Source: a virus. Taken from it: a stretch of DNA of 64,000 bases. A program made the translations under genes and the position numbers. Position 1 is the stretch's first letter, and every line of letters begins with the position of its first letter. The notes beneath the pieces are model-generated. The model saw only the letters and a program-made list of their open reading frames with translations, was not told where the DNA came from and ran no database searches. Positions 33,935 to 41,544 of this stretch are shown here, piece after piece. The stretch covers positions 36,524-100,523 of IMG/VR virus record IMGVR_UViG_3300045988_158973. One strand, given 5' to 3'.

Positions 33935-33948
33935 ATAACTGTTGGCGC
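33935..33948 (-). promoter_or_regulatory. GCCAAC(A)GTTAT motif copy
   Basis: The minus strand reads GCGCCAACAGTTATTATC. Confidence 0.35.
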
Positions 33949-34289
33949 TAATCTTCTACTATTGACGACGGCGGTTGAGGGTTGTTGGCGTCGCGTTTGT
34001 ATAGCGACGGCGCCACTTCGTTACGATAGTCCATGAACGCCCAACGGTTGTGGTCACCACTCAACGCGCCCAACAATTCACGATCGCGCCAAATGTTATT
34101 ACGAACTGGAAAGGGCTGGCGTCGCATACGCGTGGGGACGATGCCGTAGTTTATCGTGTTACGCGCCGTGCCTTCACTGACCTTTACGGCGTCAGCAACC
34201 GTTAAACGAAACGCCTGACCCGCATCCTCTGGGTAGAGTATCGGAATCAGGAGTCCGTCGCGTGTTTTATAGATTTCGTATTTCATCAC
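33948..34289 (-). CDS. hypothetical protein (113 aa)
   Basis: Minus-strand ORF. Confidence 0.5.
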   Translation of the reverse strand: MMKYEIYKTRDGLLIPILYPEDAGQAFRLTVADAVKVSEGTARNTINYGIVPTRMRRQPFPVRNNIWRDRELLGALSGDHNRWAFMDYRNEVAPSLYKRDANNPQPPSSIVED

Positions 34290-34561
34290 TCATACTTTTT
34301 GGCGTAGAATAACCGCCAACGCCAATACGGTATCTTACCCTCGTCGAAGAACAACACAACATTAATATCATTTTGACACACCACGCAGTGAACAACGTCT
34401 GGTTCGTGAAGACGTGATGAGCGGATGATTTCGTTTTGACGAAATAAGACCTTCGTCCCGCATATTTTACAACGCTTCAAATAAGCCGGGTTTTCGTTGT
34501 AGGCTTTACGTCTCATATTTCGCTCACGGCGGCTTTCAGTACCTTGTTTCAAGATTATCAT
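34286..34561 (-). CDS. small Zn-ribbon protein (91 aa)
   Basis: CKICGTKV...HCVVCQND Cys pairs. Confidence 0.5.
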   Translation of the reverse strand: MIILKQGTESRRERNMRRKAYNENPAYLKRCKICGTKVLFRQNEIIRSSRLHEPDVVHCVVCQNDINVVLFFDEGKIPYWRWRLFYAKKYE

Positions 34562-34752
34562 CGTTTGGCGTTTTTAGTGCGTTTTTCGCGTTCCTTGAAG
34601 AGCAACCAACGTAGACGGTTGGCGATAGCTGTTAGCTGTTGGTCGTCGAAGACTACTGCTTCACGCTGGTCGAGGTGTACGTCTATTATTCCAACCAGCG
34701 TTTCAAGTTCTTCAACTTCCAAGCGGATATTATTTCGCGGTGTGTTGTTCAT
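34558..34752 (-). CDS. hypothetical small protein (64 aa)
   Basis: Minus-strand ORF with 4-nt overlaps on both sides. Confidence 0.45.
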   Translation of the reverse strand: MNNTPRNNIRLEVEELETLVGIIDVHLDQREAVVFDDQQLTAIANRLRWLLFKEREKRTKNAKR

Positions 34753-34970
34753 TTGCGGTTCTTTATTTTACGTCTCAAGGCATCAATTCGTTGACGCGGT
34801 GAAACGCTTATGGCTGTAAGGTGAAACACGCCTTTACTCATATATCCCTCAACGGTGGTCTGCAGGTCACCAGTTTCAAGACCGTCGTCTACTCCAATCA
34901 CCAGTTCTGCGTCACACGGCGCTGGAGATGGCGTTCCAAATTTCAATTCCTTGAATACTCGATCATCCAT
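34749..34970 (-). CDS. hypothetical small protein (73 aa)
   Basis: Minus-strand ORF. Confidence 0.45.
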   Translation of the reverse strand: MDDRVFKELKFGTPSPAPCDAELVIGVDDGLETGDLQTTVEGYMSKGVFHLTAISVSPRQRIDALRRKIKNRK

Positions 34971-34982
34971 TGTTACGCGATA

Positions 34983-35528
34983 TTAGATTTTACGTTGCTT
35001 TTTCTTGCGCTGATACGCCAAGCGGATATTTTGGCCCGTGAGTTGTGCGTATTCCGCTTTTGTTACTTCGCGACAGTCGGCGGGTATTACAGCACGTCCC
35101 GTTGTTACCATCCACTCTGATACAGCGAAGCCGAACTCCACGCCAACGATCTTGATGTTGGCCTCAACATCCACGCGACAACCTGCGAAGTAGTCCGTGT
35201 AACCCACCAACGCATTTACTTCGTTGCGGCCAACACGCGGAAGACGCTGTATACACTCTTGCGCACGTTTACCTTCTGGCGTGGAGGTGTCGGGACGATA
35301 TTGGTTATACAACGGCGATCCGTCGCGTTTCCACCCCGTGGGTGCGTCGTGAGGGAATTCAACGGTACTTATACCGCCAGCCCAAAGCAACTTCGCTGGA
35401 CGATAACCCACACCACCAACACCTTTTACAAACGAGCGCGCAGCGTTTAAGGCTTGGATTCTTCGCCACGCCAACGCGAATATAACGTCGTAAGTCTTGG
35501 TGCCTGATGGCGTAACGTAGTATTTCAT
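34983..35528 (-). CDS. hypothetical protein (181 aa)
   Basis: The start is set to ATG 35528 (MKYYV), which forms an ATGA overlap with the upstream stop. Confidence 0.5.
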   Translation of the reverse strand: MKYYVTPSGTKTYDVIFALAWRRIQALNAARSFVKGVGGVGYRPAKLLWAGGISTVEFPHDAPTGWKRDGSPLYNQYRPDTSTPEGKRAQECIQRLPRVGRNEVNALVGYTDYFAGCRVDVEANIKIVGVEFGFAVSEWMVTTGRAVIPADCREVTKAEYAQLTGQNIRLAYQRKKKQRKI

Positions 35529-36313
35529 CGTTTCTTTTTCCATATTTCACTTTCCTTTTGTAACATCGCGTCAGCGTACAGTAGGGCACCGAATAACGCC
35601 GCAGCGATATTACGATCGATGTATAAGTTCTTCGACTGGTCGATTTCTACCAACACGCGGTTGTCGTCCAAAAGTTCGAGACGCACACGCCCATACGCCA
35701 ACAGTTCCATCATTATGTCCTCAAGTGTAAACGCTGGCTGATAGCGGTGGGTGTGTAGGCCATCAAACGCTCGCGGTGGTGAGGTGGTGAGCAGCGTGCC
35801 TGACTGGTGTCCACGACGCAGTAAGTACCCCAGCTGTTTACGGGGTTTTAAGCCCCTTTTCAAGAGTTCTGCTGATGCTGGGGCCGGTAATACGTCAGCG
35901 CCGATCAACGACTCTGTATAGGCTTGTTTAGGGCCATACTGCGAGGGGTATTGGTCGTCGGGCGTGGGGATGTGCGGTAGGCGTCCTTCCAGTACGCGCT
36001 TATCGACTTTTTCTGAGCGGCCGTCAGTAGCATACCATTGGCCGTCGTAGTGTGACGGACGACGTTCAAACCAGTGAAACGTGCCATCAGCGTCAGCCGT
36101 GTAATATCCCGGTTTAATAGCTACCATCGACGAAGAACGCAGTGGGACGTATTCACCGGGAAGTAACGTAGCGCCATCAAGAAGGATTCGAGCCTGTTCT
36201 TCGGTGACAGCCTCGGTCTTGGCTTCGCTGAAGAACAGCCGATGGTCACCTACCTTCATAGGGTGCTGCGCGGCAACGGCATAACCGTCAGCGGTTCTAA
36301 TCAACCACGCCAT
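35525..36313 (-). CDS. hypothetical protein (262 aa)
   Basis: Minus-strand ORF. Confidence 0.55.
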   Translation of the reverse strand: MAWLIRTADGYAVAAQHPMKVGDHRLFFSEAKTEAVTEEQARILLDGATLLPGEYVPLRSSSMVAIKPGYYTADADGTFHWFERRPSHYDGQWYATDGRSEKVDKRVLEGRLPHIPTPDDQYPSQYGPKQAYTESLIGADVLPAPASAELLKRGLKPRKQLGYLLRRGHQSGTLLTTSPPRAFDGLHTHRYQPAFTLEDIMMELLAYGRVRLELLDDNRVLVEIDQSKNLYIDRNIAAALFGALLYADAMLQKESEIWKKKR

Positions 36314-36776
36314 ACTCTTCCTTCAGTATTTCGTAGAACTCACGCGGCCAAATGATATTATCAGGCAGCGGCACCAAGAACGACGCCAACGCCATAGCAA
36401 AAGCCCACGCCACCTCCTCAACGAGCCAACCTGCAATTCCGCAACCGATCTTAGTGACGTAGAAGGTCAATTCGGGGTGTTGGGAGGTGTAAAGGATGAA
36501 GCGATCACACGCTTCCACCAATTGCTGTTCCGGAATGCGTATTTTCTGCCACGAGGGGAGAACTGACATATCGTCTTCGTCCGTCCACTTGACGTATTCC
36601 ATCGTCGGGATGGCGTAGCTTTGTCCTTGAGGACCTTCGGCGACACCGTTCACAGCGCCAAAACGCTTCAACGCAGTAAGGGCTGCGCCACCGCAGTGGT
36701 CGCCGTCGGTATTAGAACCAAAGACGAACACACCATAATCAGGCAGGTGGCCAATATTTTCAGGTGTGAATTTCAT
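36297..36776 (-). CDS. conserved phage-type protein with FGSN..GGAA..SYAIPT motifs (possible Rossmann/SLOG-like nucleotide-binding fold)
   Basis: GVFVFGSNTDGDHCGGAALTALKRFGAVNGVAEGPQGQSYAIPT and FYVTKIGCGIAG resemble a widespread uncharacterised phage/bacterial family, as I recall it. Confidence 0.3.
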   Translation of the reverse strand: MKFTPENIGHLPDYGVFVFGSNTDGDHCGGAALTALKRFGAVNGVAEGPQGQSYAIPTMEYVKWTDEDDMSVLPSWQKIRIPEQQLVEACDRFILYTSQHPELTFYVTKIGCGIAGWLVEEVAWAFAMALASFLVPLPDNIIWPREFYEILKEEYGVVD

Positions 36777-36781
36777 AGTGA

Positions 36782-36991
36782 TTAGATTTCTTCAATTTCT
36801 CCACGTTGGAGCATTTTCTTGTGTTTTACCAAGTCGATCGACGTTGTAGAACGCGATCCGTCGGCGCCGATAAACTGAACGCCAAGTTGCTTTTCGTTAG
36901 GACGTATCTTCAGTACCTGAAAAGGAACGCCTGTAGGGTGGGTGTACGTACCGCCAACGCGGAAGAACCGTGCTTTGCTTTTATTGGCCAT
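36782..36991 (-). CDS. hypothetical small protein (69 aa)
   Basis: The start is reset to ATG 36991 (MANKSKARFF). The longer track ORF would overlap the upstream gene by 86 nt. Confidence 0.45.
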   Translation of the reverse strand: MANKSKARFFRVGGTYTHPTGVPFQVLKIRPNEKQLGVQFIGADGSRSTTSIDLVKHKKMLQRGEIEEI

Positions 36992-37637
36992 CGGTGAGGG
37001 TGTTGAGGCGGTTGATGATACGGTTGAAGTCGGCTTCGAGGTCGATGAGGGTTTTTTGGCCTTCATCGCTGGCGTAGGTGCATTTCTCGGAGATGAGGTT
37101 GCTGATATTGTGGGCGAGCATCCTCACGTTGTTACGCCGAGCCTCGTAGAACAGGGCTTCAATCTTGCGCGGTGAAGCGTATCGGAAGGTCGAATGCCCG
37201 GTTTGGTGATGTTCGGAGGGAACCATCACTTCTTCCTCATCGCGGCGTATACGACGATGAGCCGTGAACGGTTCGACTTGGGCGTTTACCGTCCCCGATA
37301 TAGGGTCCATACGAACCAACCGCACGTAATCTTCACTTTCGTGCAGCGAAACGCGGAAAATACCCAATACCTTCCCGCAGTACTCTTCGTACACCAAGTC
37401 ACCTTCGAAAAGGTACTGCGGGTGTACCGGAGCGACGCGGAACTGCTCGTGGGTGATGATGTCGGGGTAGCAGTTTTCCTTACCTTCGTACACGATCATC
37501 AACGCCGCCTCTCCTCCTTCGTCTTCGCCAAATGACTTACGCACGCTGGCTTGACCAACGATGGTGAACGCCTTGGTCTGCTCACCGCGGTAATACCACA
37601 TACCGCTGAATTTCTGAATACGATCTATGCAGCTCAT
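36981..37637 (-). CDS. hypothetical protein (218 aa)
   Basis: The start is reset to ATG 37637 (MSCIDRIQKF), 1 nt after the upstream stop. Confidence 0.5.
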   Translation of the reverse strand: MSCIDRIQKFSGMWYYRGEQTKAFTIVGQASVRKSFGEDEGGEAALMIVYEGKENCYPDIITHEQFRVAPVHPQYLFEGDLVYEEYCGKVLGIFRVSLHESEDYVRLVRMDPISGTVNAQVEPFTAHRRIRRDEEEVMVPSEHHQTGHSTFRYASPRKIEALFYEARRNNVRMLAHNISNLISEKCTYASDEGQKTLIDLEADFNRIINRLNTLTDGQ

Positions 37638-37638
37638 A

Positions 37639-38031
37639 CTATTGGTAGTTTTCCGAAAGTTCTTGAAATTTGTGGTGATACTCGTTTTGGCGGCTGGCAT
37701 TGCCAATACGTTCACGCCAAGCGGTGATGCCTTCGCCCACCGGCAGCACGTTTTCGTACTGGGAAACTTGGCGCTGATCAGCCCACGAACGCTGAGCCGT
37801 GGGCATCATATAGGCCACCACCTCCCACTCGTAGGGCGAATGGAGGACGTTCTTCAGATAATCGTAGTGGACCACCATTTCGATGGGGTCCTGAGTCCGG
37901 AACGCGAAGTCCGGGTCGGCCGTTTCGGAGAAGCCACGGCCACGGCCAATCAACCCCGACCGCAACCACTGGTGATAGGAGGGCTTGCCGGAGTCGTTAG
38001 TTCGCTTCAAAAGGTAATAAAGAGTCTTCAT
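37639..38031 (-). CDS. hypothetical protein (130 aa)
   Basis: The start is reset to ATG 38031 (MKTLYYLLKR), 26 nt downstream of a GCCAACGTTAT motif. Confidence 0.5.
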   Translation of the reverse strand: MKTLYYLLKRTNDSGKPSYHQWLRSGLIGRGRGFSETADPDFAFRTQDPIEMVVHYDYLKNVLHSPYEWEVVAYMMPTAQRSWADQRQVSQYENVLPVGEGITAWRERIGNASRQNEYHHKFQELSENYQ

Positions 38032-38057
38032 TGTAGTGTTTTTGTAATCACTTCTTG

Positions 38058-38069
38058 ATAACGTTGGCG
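38058..38069 (-). promoter_or_regulatory. GCCAACGTTAT motif copy
   Basis: The minus strand reads AAATCGCCAACGTTATCAAG. A second CGCCAAC lies 35 nt further upstream. Confidence 0.4.
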
Positions 38070-38162
38070 ATTTCACGCGGTGACGGAACGCCGCGTTGTT
38101 GGCGTGACGGGTGGGGACGCTTGATGGGTTCGTCGTCGTGATCCTCAATGCGGTCTTCAGCC

Positions 38163-39707
38163 TTATTGAGTTCGTCGTCGTAAGCCTTGGACTGGATATC
38201 GTCCTCGGAAGGGTTGGCTGATGTCATGGGTCGATTGGTTTAATGGTACGTATATTAATGAGTTCTTAGCGCGGGTGATAGCCACGTATTTGAGGTTGAG
38301 TTCTTGCTCTTGCTGCCACGGTTGAGTAGCCCAACGTGAGGGTATCAACTCTGGCGCCAAGAAGAACACGTTGTCGTTTTCCAACCCTTTCGATTTGTGG
38401 ATGGTCATCAGCAGTATACCTTCCAAGTCGTCGGTGAAAATTCCCTCGATTGTTTCACGTAATTCCATCACCGTATCGGCTTCAACGGCCAAGGCGCGTA
38501 TCACTTCGATCTTCTCGTAGAGTTCGTCCATTTTAGGCGACGCGCTGGGGTTTTTCCAACCTTTAGTGCGTAATTTCTGCTCCAGTTTGTCGGCTTCCTT
38601 CCAAAGCAGTTTTTCCAACTGGTCGATGGTACGCGCTCCGGTCTTGTTGATTAGGTCGATAAGGCTGTGGCCAATGTCCTTACCTCGAACGCGCGATTTG
38701 ATCTTGTTCTTCAACAGCCAAAGGTACACCTCTACCAACGGCCGCAGGTTACGGCAGATTATCCAATCGCCGTCCTCGATGTCGTTCAACGAACCGAGCA
38801 CGACTTCGCCTTCGTGAGCGCGTTCGTAGGGGCGTATATAGGGGACTATCTTCTCAGCCTCTTCGACAATACGCCGTCCGCAGCGATAGCACACCGAAAG
38901 CGGCATTTCAACACTCGTGCCGTTCAGTTCTGCCAATCGGGCGTAACTGTTAGCGTCGGCTCCGGCGAATCCGTATATAGCCTGACGTGGATCGCCAACG
39001 GTTATCAACCGCGAACGGCGGTCCAGTGCGCGTTTTATGAGTTCGTGTTGGAGGAGGCTCATGTCTTGGCTTTCATCGACCAACACCACCTCATACTTAC
39101 GGAACCGCAACGTGGGGTCCGTCACGGGAATATACAACATGTCGGTAAAATCAAACTGCGTACAGTCCTTGACGCTTAATAGGAAGGTCTCCAAGGCCAG
39201 TTGCTTTTCCAGCAGGCCGCAGTCGATGTCGTGATAGTCACACAACGACTCAATTTCGCCGATTTCAGGACGGCAAAGTGCCGTGCGCATCAGGTCTACT
39301 ATCTTCGGAATTAAATAGATCAAATACCCCTTTTTGCGACGCATCAACAGTTCTTGAACCGCTTCGTCGTGAGAGTGGCGTTTCAACACCACTTCCAATT
39401 TGGCGATCGACTTATTTGGATTCATTTTGGCCGCATTACCGTAACGGCGCAACAGCAACCGCCACCCGTACGAGTGAAGTGTCATTATATCCACATTGGG
39501 GCGGCGGTTACGAGCCTGCAACTCCTTGACGATGGAGTTGTTGAAGGCCATGAATATTATGGATTTGCCTCGGGGAATACGTTCCAAACACCCCAACAAG
39601 GTCGTGGTCTTACCGCTGCCAGCCACGGCGTTTACGTTGATATTGTGGTCGGTAGTAGCTACTTCGTTGTATATTGCCTGTTGATAGGGTGAAGGCTCAA
39701 AGCCCAT
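38163..39707 (-). CDS. UvrD/PcrA-like SF1 DNA helicase
   Basis: Walker A AVAGSGKTTTL, Walker B VLVDESQD, VGDPRQAIYGFAGA, TIHKSKGLE and YVAITRAK. Confidence 0.85.
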   Translation of the reverse strand: MGFEPSPYQQAIYNEVATTDHNINVNAVAGSGKTTTLLGCLERIPRGKSIIFMAFNNSIVKELQARNRRPNVDIMTLHSYGWRLLLRRYGNAAKMNPNKSIAKLEVVLKRHSHDEAVQELLMRRKKGYLIYLIPKIVDLMRTALCRPEIGEIESLCDYHDIDCGLLEKQLALETFLLSVKDCTQFDFTDMLYIPVTDPTLRFRKYEVVLVDESQDMSLLQHELIKRALDRRSRLITVGDPRQAIYGFAGADANSYARLAELNGTSVEMPLSVCYRCGRRIVEEAEKIVPYIRPYERAHEGEVVLGSLNDIEDGDWIICRNLRPLVEVYLWLLKNKIKSRVRGKDIGHSLIDLINKTGARTIDQLEKLLWKEADKLEQKLRTKGWKNPSASPKMDELYEKIEVIRALAVEADTVMELRETIEGIFTDDLEGILLMTIHKSKGLENDNVFFLAPELIPSRWATQPWQQEQELNLKYVAITRAKNSLIYVPLNQSTHDISQPFRGRYPVQGLRRRTQ

Positions 39708-39737
39708 GACGATTTAGTTTTACGATTTTTACTGATA

Positions 39738-40061
39738 CTATCCGCGAGTCGATGTCCAGTAAATCCATTTGACGCTTTTGTGAAACTGGAAATTCAGCGC
39801 TTTCTGGTTCTGTACGATAGATTCGAGTTTCGACAGTACAGCTGCCCGGCCTCGGTTCATCTCTACCGACTCTGAACGTATAAACGCTGTAATGTCGTAG
39901 CCCGACACCTCGCAATAGTCGATTGACGCCACGTTGGACTCAACCGACGGCGTAAACTTATTCACCAAGAACACCAGCGGTTCGTTGGCGTACATCCAAA
40001 CCTCCAAAACGGCAAACCCGCTTTCAAGGATGGTGGTGATGGTTTCAATCTTTCTTTCCAT
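39738..40061 (-). CDS. hypothetical protein (107 aa)
   Basis: Minus-strand ORF between the sigma-like gene and the helicase. Confidence 0.45.
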   Translation of the reverse strand: MERKIETITTILESGFAVLEVWMYANEPLVFLVNKFTPSVESNVASIDYCEVSGYDITAFIRSESVEMNRGRAAVLSKLESIVQNQKALNFQFHKSVKWIYWTSTRG

Positions 40062-40683
40062 TATGATAATCTTTTTTGACGTTTTCTAACAGTTTTTTCA
40101 TTCTTACCAACGCGCGGCTGTATAGGTTTTCGGTCACGTCGGGATTTTCCGCCAAGAACTCTGATTTACGCTGGCCGGCTAAACGCGACAGCGTGATACG
40201 CCGCTCAAGGAGCGTGAACCCAAACGTGTCAAACGTTATTTCCATGTCGTTGACGTGGTCGGGAGTACGCATATCAGGGTGCGACGATTCAATGGCTTCT
40301 GAAATATCGCCATGACGCGCCTTGATATTCTTCTTGTAAAGCGTGTAGAAGTTACGCGCGATGGACTTGTTGAAATAGAAATAGAAGTTGGCGCCGGGAA
40401 GAATATTGAACTTCTCCAAGCATTTATCAAACATCGCGTAGCAATCCGCAATGGCTTCGTCGCGTGAAGGTATTTCAGGAGCGTTTGAGCCGTTAAGCAG
40501 GTTGATGTAGTTGGTGATGTTCTTCAACACAATATTCCCCATCATCCTGAATACCAAGTTCCGATACGCTGACGCACGGCATGGGTCGCCGCAGTGGCGG
40601 ATGATTAGAATATATTTATTCACCAGCCCAATTCGGTACTTGAACAGCTGGCGAAACATTTGACCCTCGACCGTTCTGCGCAT
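40045..40683 (-). CDS. sigma-70-family-like transcription factor (candidate)
   Basis: FYFYFNKSIARNFYTLYKK looks like region 2. LLERRITLSRLAGQRKSEFLAENPDVTENLYSRALVRMKKLL looks like a region 4 HTH. Pattern match by eye only. Confidence 0.4.
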   Translation of the reverse strand: MRRTVEGQMFRQLFKYRIGLVNKYILIIRHCGDPCRASAYRNLVFRMMGNIVLKNITNYINLLNGSNAPEIPSRDEAIADCYAMFDKCLEKFNILPGANFYFYFNKSIARNFYTLYKKNIKARHGDISEAIESSHPDMRTPDHVNDMEITFDTFGFTLLERRITLSRLAGQRKSEFLAENPDVTENLYSRALVRMKKLLENVKKDYHNGKKD

Positions 40684-40690
40684 AATGCCT

Positions 40691-41020
40691 TTATTTTTTC
40701 ATCATCGACTTTGCTTCAGCGCGTACCGCAGCCAGTTTGGCGCGACGTTCTGGGGCGATCTGCTTCTTGTAGTGCTCGTGCGAGCGCCGCTTTAGGGACT
40801 CTTGCTTTTGCTCCTTGGACATGGCTCTAAAGCGTCCAAAATACACACCCTTCAAGTCTGCAGGCGTTTCCTTCTTGATCTCTTCGCGCTCACGGCCGCA
40901 AGCCGGACACGGCGATTGCTTACAAAACGCGTGGCCGTCGCGTAATACAAGACTCACTGATGAATAGTAGTCGCGCTGATCGAAGCGCGGGCACTCGGGG
41001 TTCTTACATACAAATTCCAT
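40691..41020 (-). CDS. Zn-ribbon protein with basic C-terminus (109 aa)
   Basis: CKNPECPRF...CPACGRE Cys pairs. Confidence 0.5.
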   Translation of the reverse strand: MEFVCKNPECPRFDQRDYYSSVSLVLRDGHAFCKQSPCPACGREREEIKKETPADLKGVYFGRFRAMSKEQKQESLKRRSHEHYKKQIAPERRAKLAAVRAEAKSMMKK

Positions 41021-41029
41021 AAGGCGTAT

Positions 41030-41503
41030 TTATTGGCGGCTACCATACAACGCAATCAGCATCGCGTCGCAAGTGGCCAAAGTTACGTTGAATTGGGGAA
41101 ATAGCTGTTGCGCCTTGGCTTTGAGTTTGTTCTTCCACTCCACCTTGGTCATTTTACCACGAACCCCTAATTGAAACTCTTTCTGCCATTTCTGGGGAGT
41201 GACGGTTTCGGTAGGAATACGACACGCCAACAGCGCCATTTCCAAGTGCCCATATCCACGTCCAAAATTGAACATGGCGTTGGCGCCATTACCGGGTATT
41301 CCGCCAACCTTTTCAAGGTAACATTTGGAGTTCAGCGAATGAAGTTTCAGAAACGCCAAAAGGTCAGTTGGTGTTTCAGGCATTTTTACTGCCGCCACCA
41401 GCCGACCTTTGTCGATGGAATATATGCCTATGCCGCCTGCGGCACCGGGGTCTATACCGATTATTAATCGGTCTTTGTAGTAGGTTGCGACGGATTGTTT
41501 CAT
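41030..41503 (-). CDS. ruvC: RuvC-like Holliday junction resolvase
   Basis: LIIGIDPGAAGGIG (first catalytic Asp), YLEKVGG (Glu) and TCDAMLIALYG (C-terminal Asp), in RuvC order. Confidence 0.65.
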   Translation of the reverse strand: MKQSVATYYKDRLIIGIDPGAAGGIGIYSIDKGRLVAAVKMPETPTDLLAFLKLHSLNSKCYLEKVGGIPGNGANAMFNFGRGYGHLEMALLACRIPTETVTPQKWQKEFQLGVRGKMTKVEWKNKLKAKAQQLFPQFNVTLATCDAMLIALYGSRQ

Positions 41504-41532
41504 CGTTATATCTTATTTGGAACTATAAGATA

Positions 41533-41542
41533 ATAACGTTGG
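41533..41542 (-). promoter_or_regulatory. CCAACGTTAT motif copy
   Basis: The minus strand reads GATTCCAACGTTATTATC, 29 nt upstream of ATG 41503. Confidence 0.35.
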
Positions 41543-41544
41543 AA

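Noticed and set aside
39697-39915. 72-aa minus-strand ORF overlapping the UvrD-like start
   Set aside because: It overlaps the better-placed 39738-40061 ORF in another frame and would overlap the helicase start. It has a Arg/Val-rich, low-information sequence.
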